Of a DNA stretch of 64,000 nt, positions 19,366-29,019 are shown piece by piece. Source of the stretch: Candidatus Spongiisociaceae bacterium (lineage in GTDB: Bacteria; Actinomycetota; Acidimicrobiia; Spongiisociales; Spongiisociaceae); the NCBI GenBank assembly GCA_965219685.1, contig CBDCOH010000002.1:1856001-1920000 (forward strand), given 5' to 3'. The notes below the pieces were generated by a model. The model saw only the letters and a program-made list of their open reading frames with translations, did not search any database and was not told the origin of the DNA. The position numbers were made by a program, and so were the translations under genes. Within the stretch, counting starts at the first letter, position 1. Each line of letters opens with the position of its first letter.

Positions 19366-19714
19366 ATGATTAGGCCCTAGTCGGTAGTCTGTAGTGTATA
19401 GTTAGTAATCGGTAGGTACCGTTAGGTTGGATCATTTGCCATCCCCAATAGCACTGGTTGGGTGCCGCCGTTAGGCCGAGTGGGGGGCTCTTCGCGAAAG
19501 TGGCCGCGAGGGGTCCGAGTCCGGGAAGAGACCTATTCAAGTTACACAGATGTGTTGTACAGCAGTATCCCCGGCGTTGCGCAAGTCATGTACTCAAGGG
19601 TGCGCATTGCTTGTAGTCACCTCAGGTTCGCTTCCGGGTTGCGGCGCGTCGGGCGTCTTGCGGCGTTAATGCGGACGGATCGTGCGTAATGCGGACCACT
19701 TGTGAGTCATCTGA
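19361..19714. repeat. Second copy (E2) of the GCTAGATGATTAG non-coding element
   Basis: Shares collinear blocks with 2448-2709: GCTAGATGATTAG, CTAGTCGGTAGT, TAGCAC, GGCCGAG, GCGAGGGG, TGTGTTGTACAGC, TCGCTTCC. Confidence 0.55.
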
Positions 19715-20874
19715 TCAGAGATCTTGCAGCGGATCCTCCGATGTCAGCAGTTCGACCGCGCCGATGGCGGTGATCCTCTCGGCCATGGGAAACCGATGCC
19801 GGCCGGCGTGAACCACCACCAGATGGTCAAGGTCCAGGTCGGCTACCGCGATGTGCATGGATTTCGACGTGGAAGGGCGGTCGGTCCGCTTGATCTCGAA
19901 TCCGAGCACCCGACCCCCGATGTCCATGCGGAGATCCAACTCGGCGCCTCCATGCGTCGCCCAGTAACCGGCCTCCGCTCGAGGGAACCGGGCCAGGAGT
20001 TGCTCGATGATCATCCCCTCCCAGCTGGCACCCAGCTTGGGATGACGCTCGAGATCGAGGCTGCTGCCGATACCCAGAGGCGGTGCAGCAGGCCGGAATC
20101 CCGGATGTAGACCTTGGGCGATCGGACCTGGCGCTTGCCTACGTTCGCGAACCATGGGAGTAGCTGCCGCACCACGAGGGCGTCGGTGAGCGCATCGACA
20201 TAGCGGCGCACTGTCGACTGGGACACGTCGATCGAACGGGCGATCTCAGCCCCGTTCCACCTCTGCCCGTGACAATGGGCCAACATCGTCCAGAACCGGC
20301 GCATCGTGGTGGCAGGGAAGCGGAACCCGAGGTTTCCCAGGTCGCGCTCCAGGAAGGTGGCGATGTAGTCGTCCCGCCAGAGGTTGGAGTCGGCACCGGT
20401 ACGTGCGAGAAAGGACTCCGGTAGGCCACCTCGTAGCCAGAGAGCGTCGAGCCGGTCAGGGCCGACGTCGCTGAGCCGGAGACCCGACAGGGTCACGAAG
20501 GTCACGCGGCCGGCCAGCGACTCCGAACCGAGTCCCACCAGATCCGGCGAGGCGCTACCCAGCACGACGAACCGGCCCGGGCGCCGGTTCTCGTCCACCA
20601 GCACCCGCAGGGTCGGGAAGAGGTCCGGCTTAGGCTGGGCCTCGTCGATGACGATCGTCGCGCCCGTGTCCCGCAGGGCGAGGATAGGCTCGGCGAGTCG
20701 GGCCTGGTCCCGGTAGTCCTCGAGGTCGTAGAAGGCTGATGGCGACGGCGCGATGACCTGCCGGGCCAATGTCGACTTGCCGGCCTGGCGAGGGCCGGTC
20801 AGCAACGTCACGGGAGAACGCGCCACTGCTCTACTCAAGGCATACACATCCAGGGGCCGGTCGACGAGAACCAT
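19715..20874 (-). pseudogene. AAA_14 + DUF4143 ATP-binding protein, frameshifted
   Basis: [24 protein letters not shown] in ORF 20011..20910; the continuation (ASWEG, ELDL, GFEIK) is in a different frame, ORF 19715..20155; apparent 1-nt loss near 20076. Confidence 0.8.
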
Positions 20875-21037
20875 GCAGTCAAGATGATCATTGAAAATCC
20901 ACCACACCAAGAAGGATTTACCAGGGCAATGCTGGCTCAGCCAGTGTTCAGCCGATCAGATCGCTTCCCCGCCAGGAATGGCTCTGGCTTGTGCATATAA
21001 TATGCTGCGTAGGCTAACAAGACACTACACTCGTCCA

Positions 21038-21307
21038 ATGACCAGGCCCACCAACGTACTATTGGACGCTTCGCTGCGTGCGATAGCCAAACGCCGTGCT
21101 CTAGAGCGAGGCTTGAGCCTGTACGCCTACGTTCGCGAGCTCATCCGAGCCGACGATGCAGCCGCCCGGGGAACAACCGGCGACATCACTCCCCTCGTTG
21201 GCATCCTGGGAAGTCAGGGTGAAATGACCGACATCGCCCGTCACAAGCACAAAATGATTGGGGAGGCATTCGAACGGACGCAACCCCCTCGAAGGACTGC
21301 TGGTTGA
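21038..21307 (+). CDS. Putative RHH/CopG-type antitoxin
   Basis: MTRPTNVLLDASLRAIAKRRALERGLSLYAYVRELI; stop overlaps the start of a PIN-domain gene. Confidence 0.6.
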   Translation: MTRPTNVLLDASLRAIAKRRALERGLSLYAYVRELIRADDAAARGTTGDITPLVGILGSQGEMTDIARHKHKMIGEAFERTQPPRRTAG

Positions 21308-21725
21308 CCCGGGTCTTCGTGGATCCGAGCGCGTGATATGCGGCAGCGGCAAGTGACGACGTGTCCCACAAGCGGGCAGTTCACCTTCTGAGCGACCATG
21401 GCGGACATTGAGCACTACTGACCATGTGCTTGTGGAAACATGGGTGCTCGCTCGAAACGGGGGAGGCCGTGCCGCGGCGGATTCCCTGGTGGAAACCGTT
21501 ATGGGCCGAAACCTCGCCGAAGTGCTGACGGCGACACCAGACGACATCCGCATGGCTCTGCGGATCGGAGAACTCTTCAGCGACCAGGACTTCTCGATAG
21601 TAGACAGGACGAGCTGGGCCGTCATGGAACGATACGGCATCAAGGAAGCTGTTGCGTTCGACGTGGACTTCGGCGTGTACCGCTACGGACCCGGCCTGCG
21701 AAGAGCCTTCACCGTCCATCGCTGA
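21304..21725 (+). pseudogene. PIN-domain (VapC-like) toxin, inactivated
   Basis: TTG-TRVFVDPSA then in-frame TGA at 21334; frameshift near 21405 into TTDHVLVETW...FSIVDRTSWAVM...AFDVDF. Confidence 0.75.
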
Positions 21726-21754
21726 GGGTTCTCACCACCCGTCCGGGCTTATAC

Positions 21755-23104
21755 CTACCGTTCGAGAAGTCCGGCGTACTCCTCCGGTACCTCCATCCGG
21801 TCGATGCAGGTGACGAAGCTCTCGGTGGCCTTGGCGAGGACTTCCTCCTCGTCGAATAGCAGGAACTCGCGACCTTCCATCACGACGGTGCCGTCGACGA
21901 TGGTGGTGTCGACCGCCGCGCTCTCGGCGCTGTAGACCAGATGGGATATCAGGTGGGTCTTGTTGCCCCGTACCCATGGGGTGAAGTGGTGGTTCTGCAG
22001 GTTGACGAGGATCACGTCCGCAACTTTGCCGACGCTCAACTCACCGGTCTCGTGGCCGAGGGCCCGGGAGCCATTCCGGGTCGCCATGCGCAGGATCTGT
22101 GGGGCCTGCAGGATCGACGCGTCCTTGCGCTCGGCCCTGTGCACCAGGGAAGCCCACTTCATCACCTGGAACAAGTCGCAACTGTTGGTACCCTCCGCCG
22201 AGTCGTGCCCGAGCCCCACGTTCAGGCCGGCGTCGAGCATCTCCGGTAGCCGGGCTATCCCGTTACCGAGCTTGGCGTTCGACGACGGGTTGTGGGAGAT
22301 ATGGGTCCCGGTCTCGCTCATCAGCCCGATCTCCCGGTCCGAGAGGTGGACGCAGTGGGCGGCCACGCAGTCGGAACCGAGTATCCCGGCGTCGTAAGCG
22401 ACCTCGCTGGGCCGGCGCCCGCCGAAGTTCTGCATCGAGATCTCGACCTCGCCCAGGGACTCGTTCAGGTGGATGTGTATCCCGGTCCCCAACTCGTCGG
22501 CCAGCGCCCGGCAGTCGACCAGCAATGACTCGGAAGCGAGGGGAAGCCACTCGATCCCCATGAATACCTCTACCCTGCCGTCACCCATCCCGTGGCATTG
22601 GTGGTACGCCGATTCGTTGTCCTCGAGGACATCTATTCCGTGCTCCGGATCGGCGACCACGTTGGAGAGCACCACCCGGATCCCGCTGTCCACCGCGGCC
22701 CTGGCCAGCCCTGGAAGCCGGCGGAACATGTCATTTGCCGTCGTGACCCCTGCCTTCAGCGACTCGCTGTAGCTCGCCATGGCCGCCCAGTAGACCTCTT
22801 CGGTATTGACCGCCCGGATCATCGGGTACCAGAACGCTTGGAGGATCTCCCACAGATCCAGGTGGTCGCAGTAGCCCTTGCCGATGGCGGTGTGGTAGTG
22901 GAGGTCGACGAACCCCGGAAGGGCTGCCTTTCCGCCGGCGTCGATGATCTTCGCGTTCGTGCGGTCGAATCCGGAGACCGCTTCGGAACCCCCGACCGCG
23001 ACGATCCTGTTGCCCTCGATCACAATCGACCCGTCGAAGATGACATCGTCTTCGTCGTTCATGGTCACGATGGCGGCGTTCTCGATGATGATCCGATTAG
23101 CCAC
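21755..23104 (-). CDS. Metal-dependent amidohydrolase (deaminase/chlorohydrolase-like)
   Basis: GTG start VANRIII; PGFVDLHYH, HIHLNE, AHCVH, SHNPSSN, GLGHD. Confidence 0.88.
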   Translation of the reverse strand: MANRIIIENAAIVTMNDEDDVIFDGSIVIEGNRIVAVGGSEAVSGFDRTNAKIIDAGGKAALPGFVDLHYHTAIGKGYCDHLDLWEILQAFWYPMIRAVNTEEVYWAAMASYSESLKAGVTTANDMFRRLPGLARAAVDSGIRVVLSNVVADPEHGIDVLEDNESAYHQCHGMGDGRVEVFMGIEWLPLASESLLVDCRALADELGTGIHIHLNESLGEVEISMQNFGGRRPSEVAYDAGILGSDCVAAHCVHLSDREIGLMSETGTHISHNPSSNAKLGNGIARLPEMLDAGLNVGLGHDSAEGTNSCDLFQVMKWASLVHRAERKDASILQAPQILRMATRNGSRALGHETGELSVGKVADVILVNLQNHHFTPWVRGNKTHLISHLVYSAESAAVDTTIVDGTVVMEGREFLLFDEEEVLAKATESFVTCIDRMEVPEEYAGLLER

Positions 23105-23181
23105 TTTCTCCCTCGCTCTCGCTATCCGTGGGTTCAGGCAACGCGGCGCGTCGGCACCCACGGCAGCAAACGCTTCTCCGT

Positions 23182-24738
23182 CTACCGACGCATGGTACGG
23201 GCTGTCGGCCCCAGTTGCTCGGGGAGAACGGCATAGGCATCCTCGATCCACTGGCACAGGACCGGTCTGGTCCGACGCGGATCGATGATCTCCGGTACGC
23301 CGAACGCCTCTGCTGTGCGGAAGGGCGACGACAGATCGTCGTATTGCGCTTCCAACTGTGCCAGCCTCTTCTCGGCTTCGTCGGCGGGCAGGGCGTCGAG
23401 TTCGCGGCGGAAGGCGGCCCTCACCCCTCCCTGGATCGGGATAGAACCCCACCGGGCGGACGGCCACGCGTAGTGCAGGTTCAGGCCCTGCAGCCGCCCG
23501 TAGCTGGTGCCGGCCAGCCCGAAGAGCCTCCGGATGATCATCCCGCACCACGGCACCCGCGACTGCTCGATGGCCGAGACGAGCCGGATGGTTCCCCGCA
23601 CGGCCCCTTCACGTTCGGCTTCCAGGCCGATGACGGTGCCGGGCTGGTCCACGAAGTTCACTATCGGGATGTGGAACGTGTCGCACAGGTCCACGAACGT
23701 CTCGACCTTCTCCGCGGCGGCGCGGGTGAGGCCGCCCCCGAACCGGTAGGGATCGTTCCCGATGACCCCGACCGGATACCCGTTGAGGCGCGCCAGAGCC
23801 GTGATGGACGACGGCCCGTAGGCGGGAGCGATCTCGAACAGCGAATCACGGTCGAACACCAGCGAGAGGAGCCTTCGCGAGTCGTAGACCTGGCGCTGGT
23901 TGCGAGGGATGATCGAAGCCAACTCCTCCTCGGCTCGTTCCGGCGGATCATCGGAGGGTCGGCGGGGAGGCACGTCGAACACGCTCTGGGGCAGGTACGA
24001 CAGGAACTGTTTGGCCTGCTGCATCGCCTCCTCCTCCGAGTCGGCGGCGTTGTCGATGACGCCGCTCTGCCCGGTATGGATATGGGCGCCCCCGAGTTCC
24101 TCCTTGTCGATGTCCCGGCCTAGGGCAACCCGGGCGACGGGAGGACCGGCCGCGAAGACCTGGCTGGTTCCGCGGACCATCACCGAGAAGTGGCTGCTGG
24201 CGGCCTTCATCGGGCCGAGACCCGCTGACGGACCCAGCACCAGGGCCACCACGGGAACGTAGCCGAGCATCTCGGCGAGGGGCCACATGCGGTAACCGGG
24301 GATCTTGGTCCGGCCCATCTTCTCGAGTAGCCGGACGCTTCCGCCGACGTTCTCGACGAGACGGATCATCGGCATGCGCATCTCCAGCGCGTACCGGTTG
24401 ATGAACTCCCACTTCTCCGAGATCTGGGCTTCGGTGGAACCGCCCCTGATGGTGTAGTCGTCTGCTTCCACGGCCACGCGGCGATCCCGGACCCGGCCGG
24501 TGCCGATGATCGTGTTGGCGGGCCTGACGCTCACGAGGCGGCCTTCCGCATCGTAGGCGGTACGGCCGGTGAAGGTGCCGATCTCCTGCCAGGTGTCCTC
24601 GTCAAGTAGCAGCCCGATCCTCTCCCTGGCGGTGAGCCGGCCTGCTCCATGCTGGCGGGCGACGGACTCCTCTCCGCCCATCGAGAGCGCGAACGCCTTC
24701 CGGCGCTCCATCTCCTCGAGTTCGGGCTCCCAGATCAC
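23182..24738 (-). CDS. Acyl-CoA carboxylase/decarboxylase carboxyltransferase subunit
   Basis: LTARERIGLLLD, DYTIRGG, EELGGA, FVDQPG, IIDPRRTR. Confidence 0.9.
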   Translation of the reverse strand: MIWEPELEEMERRKAFALSMGGEESVARQHGAGRLTARERIGLLLDEDTWQEIGTFTGRTAYDAEGRLVSVRPANTIIGTGRVRDRRVAVEADDYTIRGGSTEAQISEKWEFINRYALEMRMPMIRLVENVGGSVRLLEKMGRTKIPGYRMWPLAEMLGYVPVVALVLGPSAGLGPMKAASSHFSVMVRGTSQVFAAGPPVARVALGRDIDKEELGGAHIHTGQSGVIDNAADSEEEAMQQAKQFLSYLPQSVFDVPPRRPSDDPPERAEEELASIIPRNQRQVYDSRRLLSLVFDRDSLFEIAPAYGPSSITALARLNGYPVGVIGNDPYRFGGGLTRAAAEKVETFVDLCDTFHIPIVNFVDQPGTVIGLEAEREGAVRGTIRLVSAIEQSRVPWCGMIIRRLFGLAGTSYGRLQGLNLHYAWPSARWGSIPIQGGVRAAFRRELDALPADEAEKRLAQLEAQYDDLSSPFRTAEAFGVPEIIDPRRTRPVLCQWIEDAYAVLPEQLGPTARTMRR

Positions 24739-25640
24739 TTCGTCTCCACCCCCATCCCGACCCTAATCAGACCGGGGATATCCTCCACGCGCTCCGCTAT
24801 GAGCGCCCCGGCAGCCGCGAGCATGTCACGTTTCACGACCGTCCGGTCTGTATCGCGCCGCACCATCGCCGACACATGCCCGAACGACGATCCGGGCGGG
24901 TGGGCGTCCTGGAACTCACCCACGATCATCGCCACGACGGGTTTGGTGACCTCGCCGCTCTCCATCGCGGCGGCCAGCCCGGACTCATGGTCCGATCCGG
25001 GCTCCCCGAACACCACGATGGCGTCGGTGGCGGCGTCTGCCTCGAACCAGCGGGCGTACTCGGCCATCGTCCTCCCGGTGATGGCTTCGCCTCCCATCGA
25101 CACGCACGTCGAGATGCCGCTCCCGGCCCTCGCCAGCGCGAGGGCGATCTCGGCGGACATACCTCCCGACCGGGAGCAGACACCCACCCTTCCCGGCCTG
25201 AACAGGTCGGCCGGCCTCGGTCCCCCGATACCGCCCAGCTTCGTCTTGCCGGGAGATATGACGCCGTTGGTATTGAAACCGATGAGGACCGAACCGGCGT
25301 CCCGGGCAGCAAGGGCTGCCCTCCATGCATCTTGACGGGGGAGGTTCTCGGCCATGGCGACGATCGGCGAGAGTCCGGAAGAGCACGCCTCCATTACCGC
25401 GTCCGCCGCGTGGCGCGCGGGCACGTACTGAACGGCCGCGTCGGCCCCGGTCCGGTCGACGGCTTCACCTACGGTGTCGAAGACCGGTACTCCCGATACG
25501 GACTGGCCACCCTTCCCGGGCGTCACCCCGGCCACGATCCGGGACCCGTACTCCAGGCAGAATCGTGTGTCGAGCCGTCCCACCGAGCCGGTGATGCCCT
25601 GTACCAGGATGCGGGTCCGCTCGTCGACCAGAATGCTCAC
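24735..25640 (-). CDS. Succinyl-CoA synthetase alpha-like subunit
   Basis: VQGITG, GVTPGKGG, SRSGG, FGEPG, phospho-His loop FGHVSA. Confidence 0.88.
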   Translation of the reverse strand: MSILVDERTRILVQGITGSVGRLDTRFCLEYGSRIVAGVTPGKGGQSVSGVPVFDTVGEAVDRTGADAAVQYVPARHAADAVMEACSSGLSPIVAMAENLPRQDAWRAALAARDAGSVLIGFNTNGVISPGKTKLGGIGGPRPADLFRPGRVGVCSRSGGMSAEIALALARAGSGISTCVSMGGEAITGRTMAEYARWFEADAATDAIVVFGEPGSDHESGLAAAMESGEVTKPVVAMIVGEFQDAHPPGSSFGHVSAMVRRDTDRTVVKRDMLAAAGALIAERVEDIPGLIRVGMGVETK

Positions 25641-25855
25641 CGGTGGAGTTCGATCCGTACCAGCGTGTCACCGGCGTCGATGACGTCCCCCTCCGCGACC
25701 GGGATGTCCTCCACGACTCCGGACACCGGGGAGAGCACCGGGATCTCCATCTTCATCGACTCGAGAATGAGCAGTTGCTTCCCGGGATGGACCGTTTCCC
25801 CTTCGGCCACGGTGACCCTCCAGACGATCGATGCCATATCTGCGGTGACTATCAC
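25637..25855 (-). CDS. Biotin carboxyl carrier protein
   Basis: LESMKMEIPV biotinylation motif; GTG start overlaps upstream stop. Confidence 0.85.
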   Translation of the reverse strand: MIVTADMASIVWRVTVAEGETVHPGKQLLILESMKMEIPVLSPVSGVVEDIPVAEGDVIDAGDTLVRIELHR

Positions 25856-27000
25856 CGGTTGATCCTGACCAGAGTATCCACAGCGTCTCCAAGGCTCGCT
25901 CCGGAGGGAAGGTACCGCATACCGGCGCGGCGGGCCGCCAACCGCCTCGCCCGGCCGGCGTTGAAACCCTCGAGCCTGACCACGACCGGGATCGAGCCCT
26001 GCCCGGAACCCCAGCGGTCCAGACCGACCAGGAGCCGCTCGACGATGAGGTCGCACGGCGCCAGCTGCAGGATGTTGAAGCTGACCAGAAGGCGAGAGAG
26101 GTTGGGATGCGTCAGGACGGCTTCGATGAGAACGTCCAGCTTCTCGGCTGACACGCCGGCGCCCAGGTCACTGTGGTTGGCCGGCCGCACACCGGCCTCG
26201 ACGAGCAGGTCGTGCTGGTACAGACCGGCGCCACCCCCTCCCACGAGCAGCCCCGTGTCCCCGTCCAGCTCCACGTACCGCACCGACGCTCCAGGGAGCC
26301 GCCGATCCGCATCCGTCACGAAGGCTTCACGTTCGCTGAGCCCGTGGGGACGCCACCGGAGTTCCGGATGCCTGAACAGCGCGTTGGTGTCCATCTCGAT
26401 CAGACCACCGACCGCGGTGACGGCCCCCTCCGGTGAAATGGCCAGTGGGTTGAGTTCAACCAGTAGAGCGTCGTCGAGGAAGACCGTCGCGGCGGCCACC
26501 GTCTGGTCGACCAGCGGGGCGGGGATCCGGTGGTCACCGAGCGCCCGCCGCCAGAGATCCTCAGCCATCTCTCGCGTGAAGCTCCCAGGCCCGTCGAAGG
26601 CCCTTCGTGTCAGTGCATCGCCCGACTCTTCGATGTCGACGCCTCCGGTGCCGGATGCGGTGACCAGAGGTCCACGGGGACCCCACGAGAACGCCACATA
26701 GAGCTCGCGGGAGACTGCCACCGCCTCCTCCACATACACGGAGCGGCAGGGATGGCCGAGGATCCGGGAACCGAGCAACCGCCTTGCTGCCTCCGCTGCC
26801 GCAGCCACTCCGATCGGACCTATCACCCCGTTGCTCCTCGCACGCCGATTCGCCGGGACCAGGGCCTTGACGAAAACCTCGGCGCCCAGTGCTCGGGCAA
26901 CTCTCTCCGCGCCGGCCGGCGAATCGGCCACGCCTCCGCTGGGGACATTCACCCCCGCTCCGGCCAGGCGAGACTTGGACTCACTCTCCAGCAACCTCAT
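25852..27000 (-). CDS. Succinyl-CoA synthetase beta-like (ATP-grasp) subunit
   Basis: MRLLESESK, GGVDIE, VELNPL, GGGAG, PANHSDLG. Confidence 0.85.
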   Translation of the reverse strand: MRLLESESKSRLAGAGVNVPSGGVADSPAGAERVARALGAEVFVKALVPANRRARSNGVIGPIGVAAAAEAARRLLGSRILGHPCRSVYVEEAVAVSRELYVAFSWGPRGPLVTASGTGGVDIEESGDALTRRAFDGPGSFTREMAEDLWRRALGDHRIPAPLVDQTVAAATVFLDDALLVELNPLAISPEGAVTAVGGLIEMDTNALFRHPELRWRPHGLSEREAFVTDADRRLPGASVRYVELDGDTGLLVGGGGAGLYQHDLLVEAGVRPANHSDLGAGVSAEKLDVLIEAVLTHPNLSRLLVSFNILQLAPCDLIVERLLVGLDRWGSGQGSIPVVVRLEGFNAGRARRLAARRAGMRYLPSGASLGDAVDTLVRINR

Positions 27001-27434
27001 CCCGTTACAGGGTCGGTCCCGGAGGGGTCGCCGTGGGGCTCCACCAGGCCGGTCAGGACGCCGTCGTTGGTAGCGGGATGGATGAACACCCGGCGCCCCC
27101 TGGCATCCTCCATGGGGGTGCGAGAGATCAGGCCACAGCCCGCGGCCTCCGCCGCCGCGGTGGCATCGGCCACGGATCCGACCCGCAGGCAGAGGTGATG
27201 CAGACCCTCGCCGCGCCCGGCCAGGAACCGGTCCAGATCCGAGCCGTCCCTCGTCGACTCGAGGATCTCGACGTAGGCCGCACCGGACCGAAGGAGATGG
27301 CTCCTGATCCCCCCCGGCAGGTCCTCGGTGCGCACCTCGACGAATCCCATCGTCCGGTAGCGATCTATCGCCGCTGCCGAGTCTCGGACGGCGACACCGA
27401 CATGCTCGATCGCGACCACCGGTGATTCAGCCAT
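26997..27434 (-). CDS. VOC-family protein, methylmalonyl-CoA epimerase-like
   Basis: IEHVGVAVRD, GEGLHHLCLRV, FIHPATNDGVL. Confidence 0.8.
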   Translation of the reverse strand: MAESPVVAIEHVGVAVRDSAAAIDRYRTMGFVEVRTEDLPGGIRSHLLRSGAAYVEILESTRDGSDLDRFLAGRGEGLHHLCLRVGSVADATAAAEAAGCGLISRTPMEDARGRRVFIHPATNDGVLTGLVEPHGDPSGTDPVTG

Positions 27435-29019
27435 CCGCGCCATCCGCCTGCCCCCGCTCGAAGACCACCCGTTCGGTGGCGACCCGGCGGAGGTCCGCCC
27501 TCTGTAGTTTGCCGGTCGGGCCGCGCGGCATCGCCTCAACCACCACCACTGCCTCCGGACAGTGGATCGGTGGGATCCCGGCACGCTGCAGGAAGCCGGC
27601 TAGGTCCGCGGCGCGAGGTACGAAACCGGGCCGCGCTTGGACACATGCAACGGGCCGTTCCCCGAGACGGCGGTCAGGCACCCCGACCACGATGGCGTCC
27701 TCCAGCAATTCATGACGAGCCAACGCCCGCTCCACCCTCTCGGCGGGTATGTTCTCCCCGCCCCGGATCACCATGTTCTTGACCCTCCCGGTGATCACCA
27801 GGTAGCCGTCGCGGTCCGCGTAGCCCAGATCCCCGGTCCGGAAGAATCCCTCCTCGTCGATCGCTCCGGGGGAGCGGCCGGCGTGGTAACCGGTCATCAG
27901 GAACGGCCCCCGGAACGCGACCTCACCTTCCCGCTCCCGGCCCAGCCGCTCGCCATCGGGACCGAGGACCCGCATCTCGATCTCGGGATGGGGGTGACCT
28001 TCGGTCGTGAGCAACTTCTCGGTCGGCGAGCCCTCCCCAGTAGAGCAGACGTGCCCGACCTCGGTCATCCCGAAGGCCTTCGACATCCGGCCCGGCAGCG
28101 TGTCCACTACCTCCTCTGCCACATCGGAGGCGAGCTTGGCGCCCGCGCACGTGAACAGGCGGAGTGAATCGAGGCGACCACGCCAGGTGGAGCGGCGAGC
28201 AAGCAGATCCACCAGAAAGGCAGGAGGACCCGAACTCACCGTGACCCCGTACCGGTCGGACAGGTCCAGCATCAGGTCCGGGTCCCAGCGCTCCTGGAGG
28301 ACCACACGGGCGCCGGCGTGCAGGCCGAGGCGTACCCCGTAGAAGTACCCGAAGTTGTGTCCCACCGGTAGGGCGACGTGCACGACGTCGTCGGCATCTA
28401 TCCCCTGCCTGGAAATGGTGGAGAGAATGCCGGCGGTCGCGGTGGCGTGGGTATGGAGCACGCCCTTGGGAGGTCCGGTCGTCCCCGACGTGAAGGCCAA
28501 CTCGGCCACGTCGTCCGGGCCGGGGGGATCCGGCAGCCTGCCTACCGGACCGGGTTCGTCGAGCAACTCATCGAGCAGCAGCCCCGCGCCGGACTCGGAG
28601 ACCGACACCGCGGGGATGCTGCCCATGCCATCGAGGGTGTCCGGGTGGTTGGCTGTCAACACCAGCGCCGGCCGGGCAAGCTCCACTATCTCCCCGAATG
28701 CCTTGCCTCTGACCGCCGGTAGCAAGGGTGACACGACCGCCCCCAGGCGTTCGGCGGCGAGGAACGCGGGTACGAACCCGCGCACGCCGTGCATCTGGAC
28801 GATCACCACATCGCCGTGGCCGACACCCATCTGCCGGTACCGAGCGGAGAGCCTGAGGGTGGCCTCGACGAGGCGTAGATAGGTGTATGCCCCGGAACCG
28901 TCGGACACCGCGCTGGCGTCGGGTCGTTCGGCGGCGTGGCGGACCACGTCGTCCCACAACGTTCGTTCGGGCCAGCGGAAGCCGGCGGGACATCGGTGCT
29001 GTCTCAGGGAGGATGTCAC
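27427..29019 (-). CDS. AMP-dependent acyl-CoA ligase (cyclohexanecarboxylate-CoA ligase-like)
   Basis: FTSGTTGPPKG, FGMTE, FRTGDLG, GRVKNMVIRGGENI, TGK. Confidence 0.9.
   Translation of the reverse strand: MTSSLRQHRCPAGFRWPERTLWDDVVRHAAERPDASAVSDGSGAYTYLRLVEATLRLSARYRQMGVGHGDVVIVQMHGVRGFVPAFLAAERLGAVVSPLLPAVRGKAFGEIVELARPALVLTANHPDTLDGMGSIPAVSVSESGAGLLLDELLDEPGPVGRLPDPPGPDDVAELAFTSGTTGPPKGVLHTHATATAGILSTISRQGIDADDVVHVALPVGHNFGYFYGVRLGLHAGARVVLQERWDPDLMLDLSDRYGVTVSSGPPAFLVDLLARRSTWRGRLDSLRLFTCAGAKLASDVAEEVVDTLPGRMSKAFGMTEVGHVCSTGEGSPTEKLLTTEGHPHPEIEMRVLGPDGERLGREREGEVAFRGPFLMTGYHAGRSPGAIDEEGFFRTGDLGYADRDGYLVITGRVKNMVIRGGENIPAERVERALARHELLEDAIVVGVPDRRLGERPVACVQARPGFVPRAADLAGFLQRAGIPPIHCPEAVVVVEAMPRGPTGKLQRADLRRVATERVVFERGQADGADG

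Noticed and set aside
21334-21336. In-frame TGA in the PIN gene as selenocysteine or readthrough
   Set aside because: It looks like a TGG-to-TGA change and is followed by a second lesion (frameshift).
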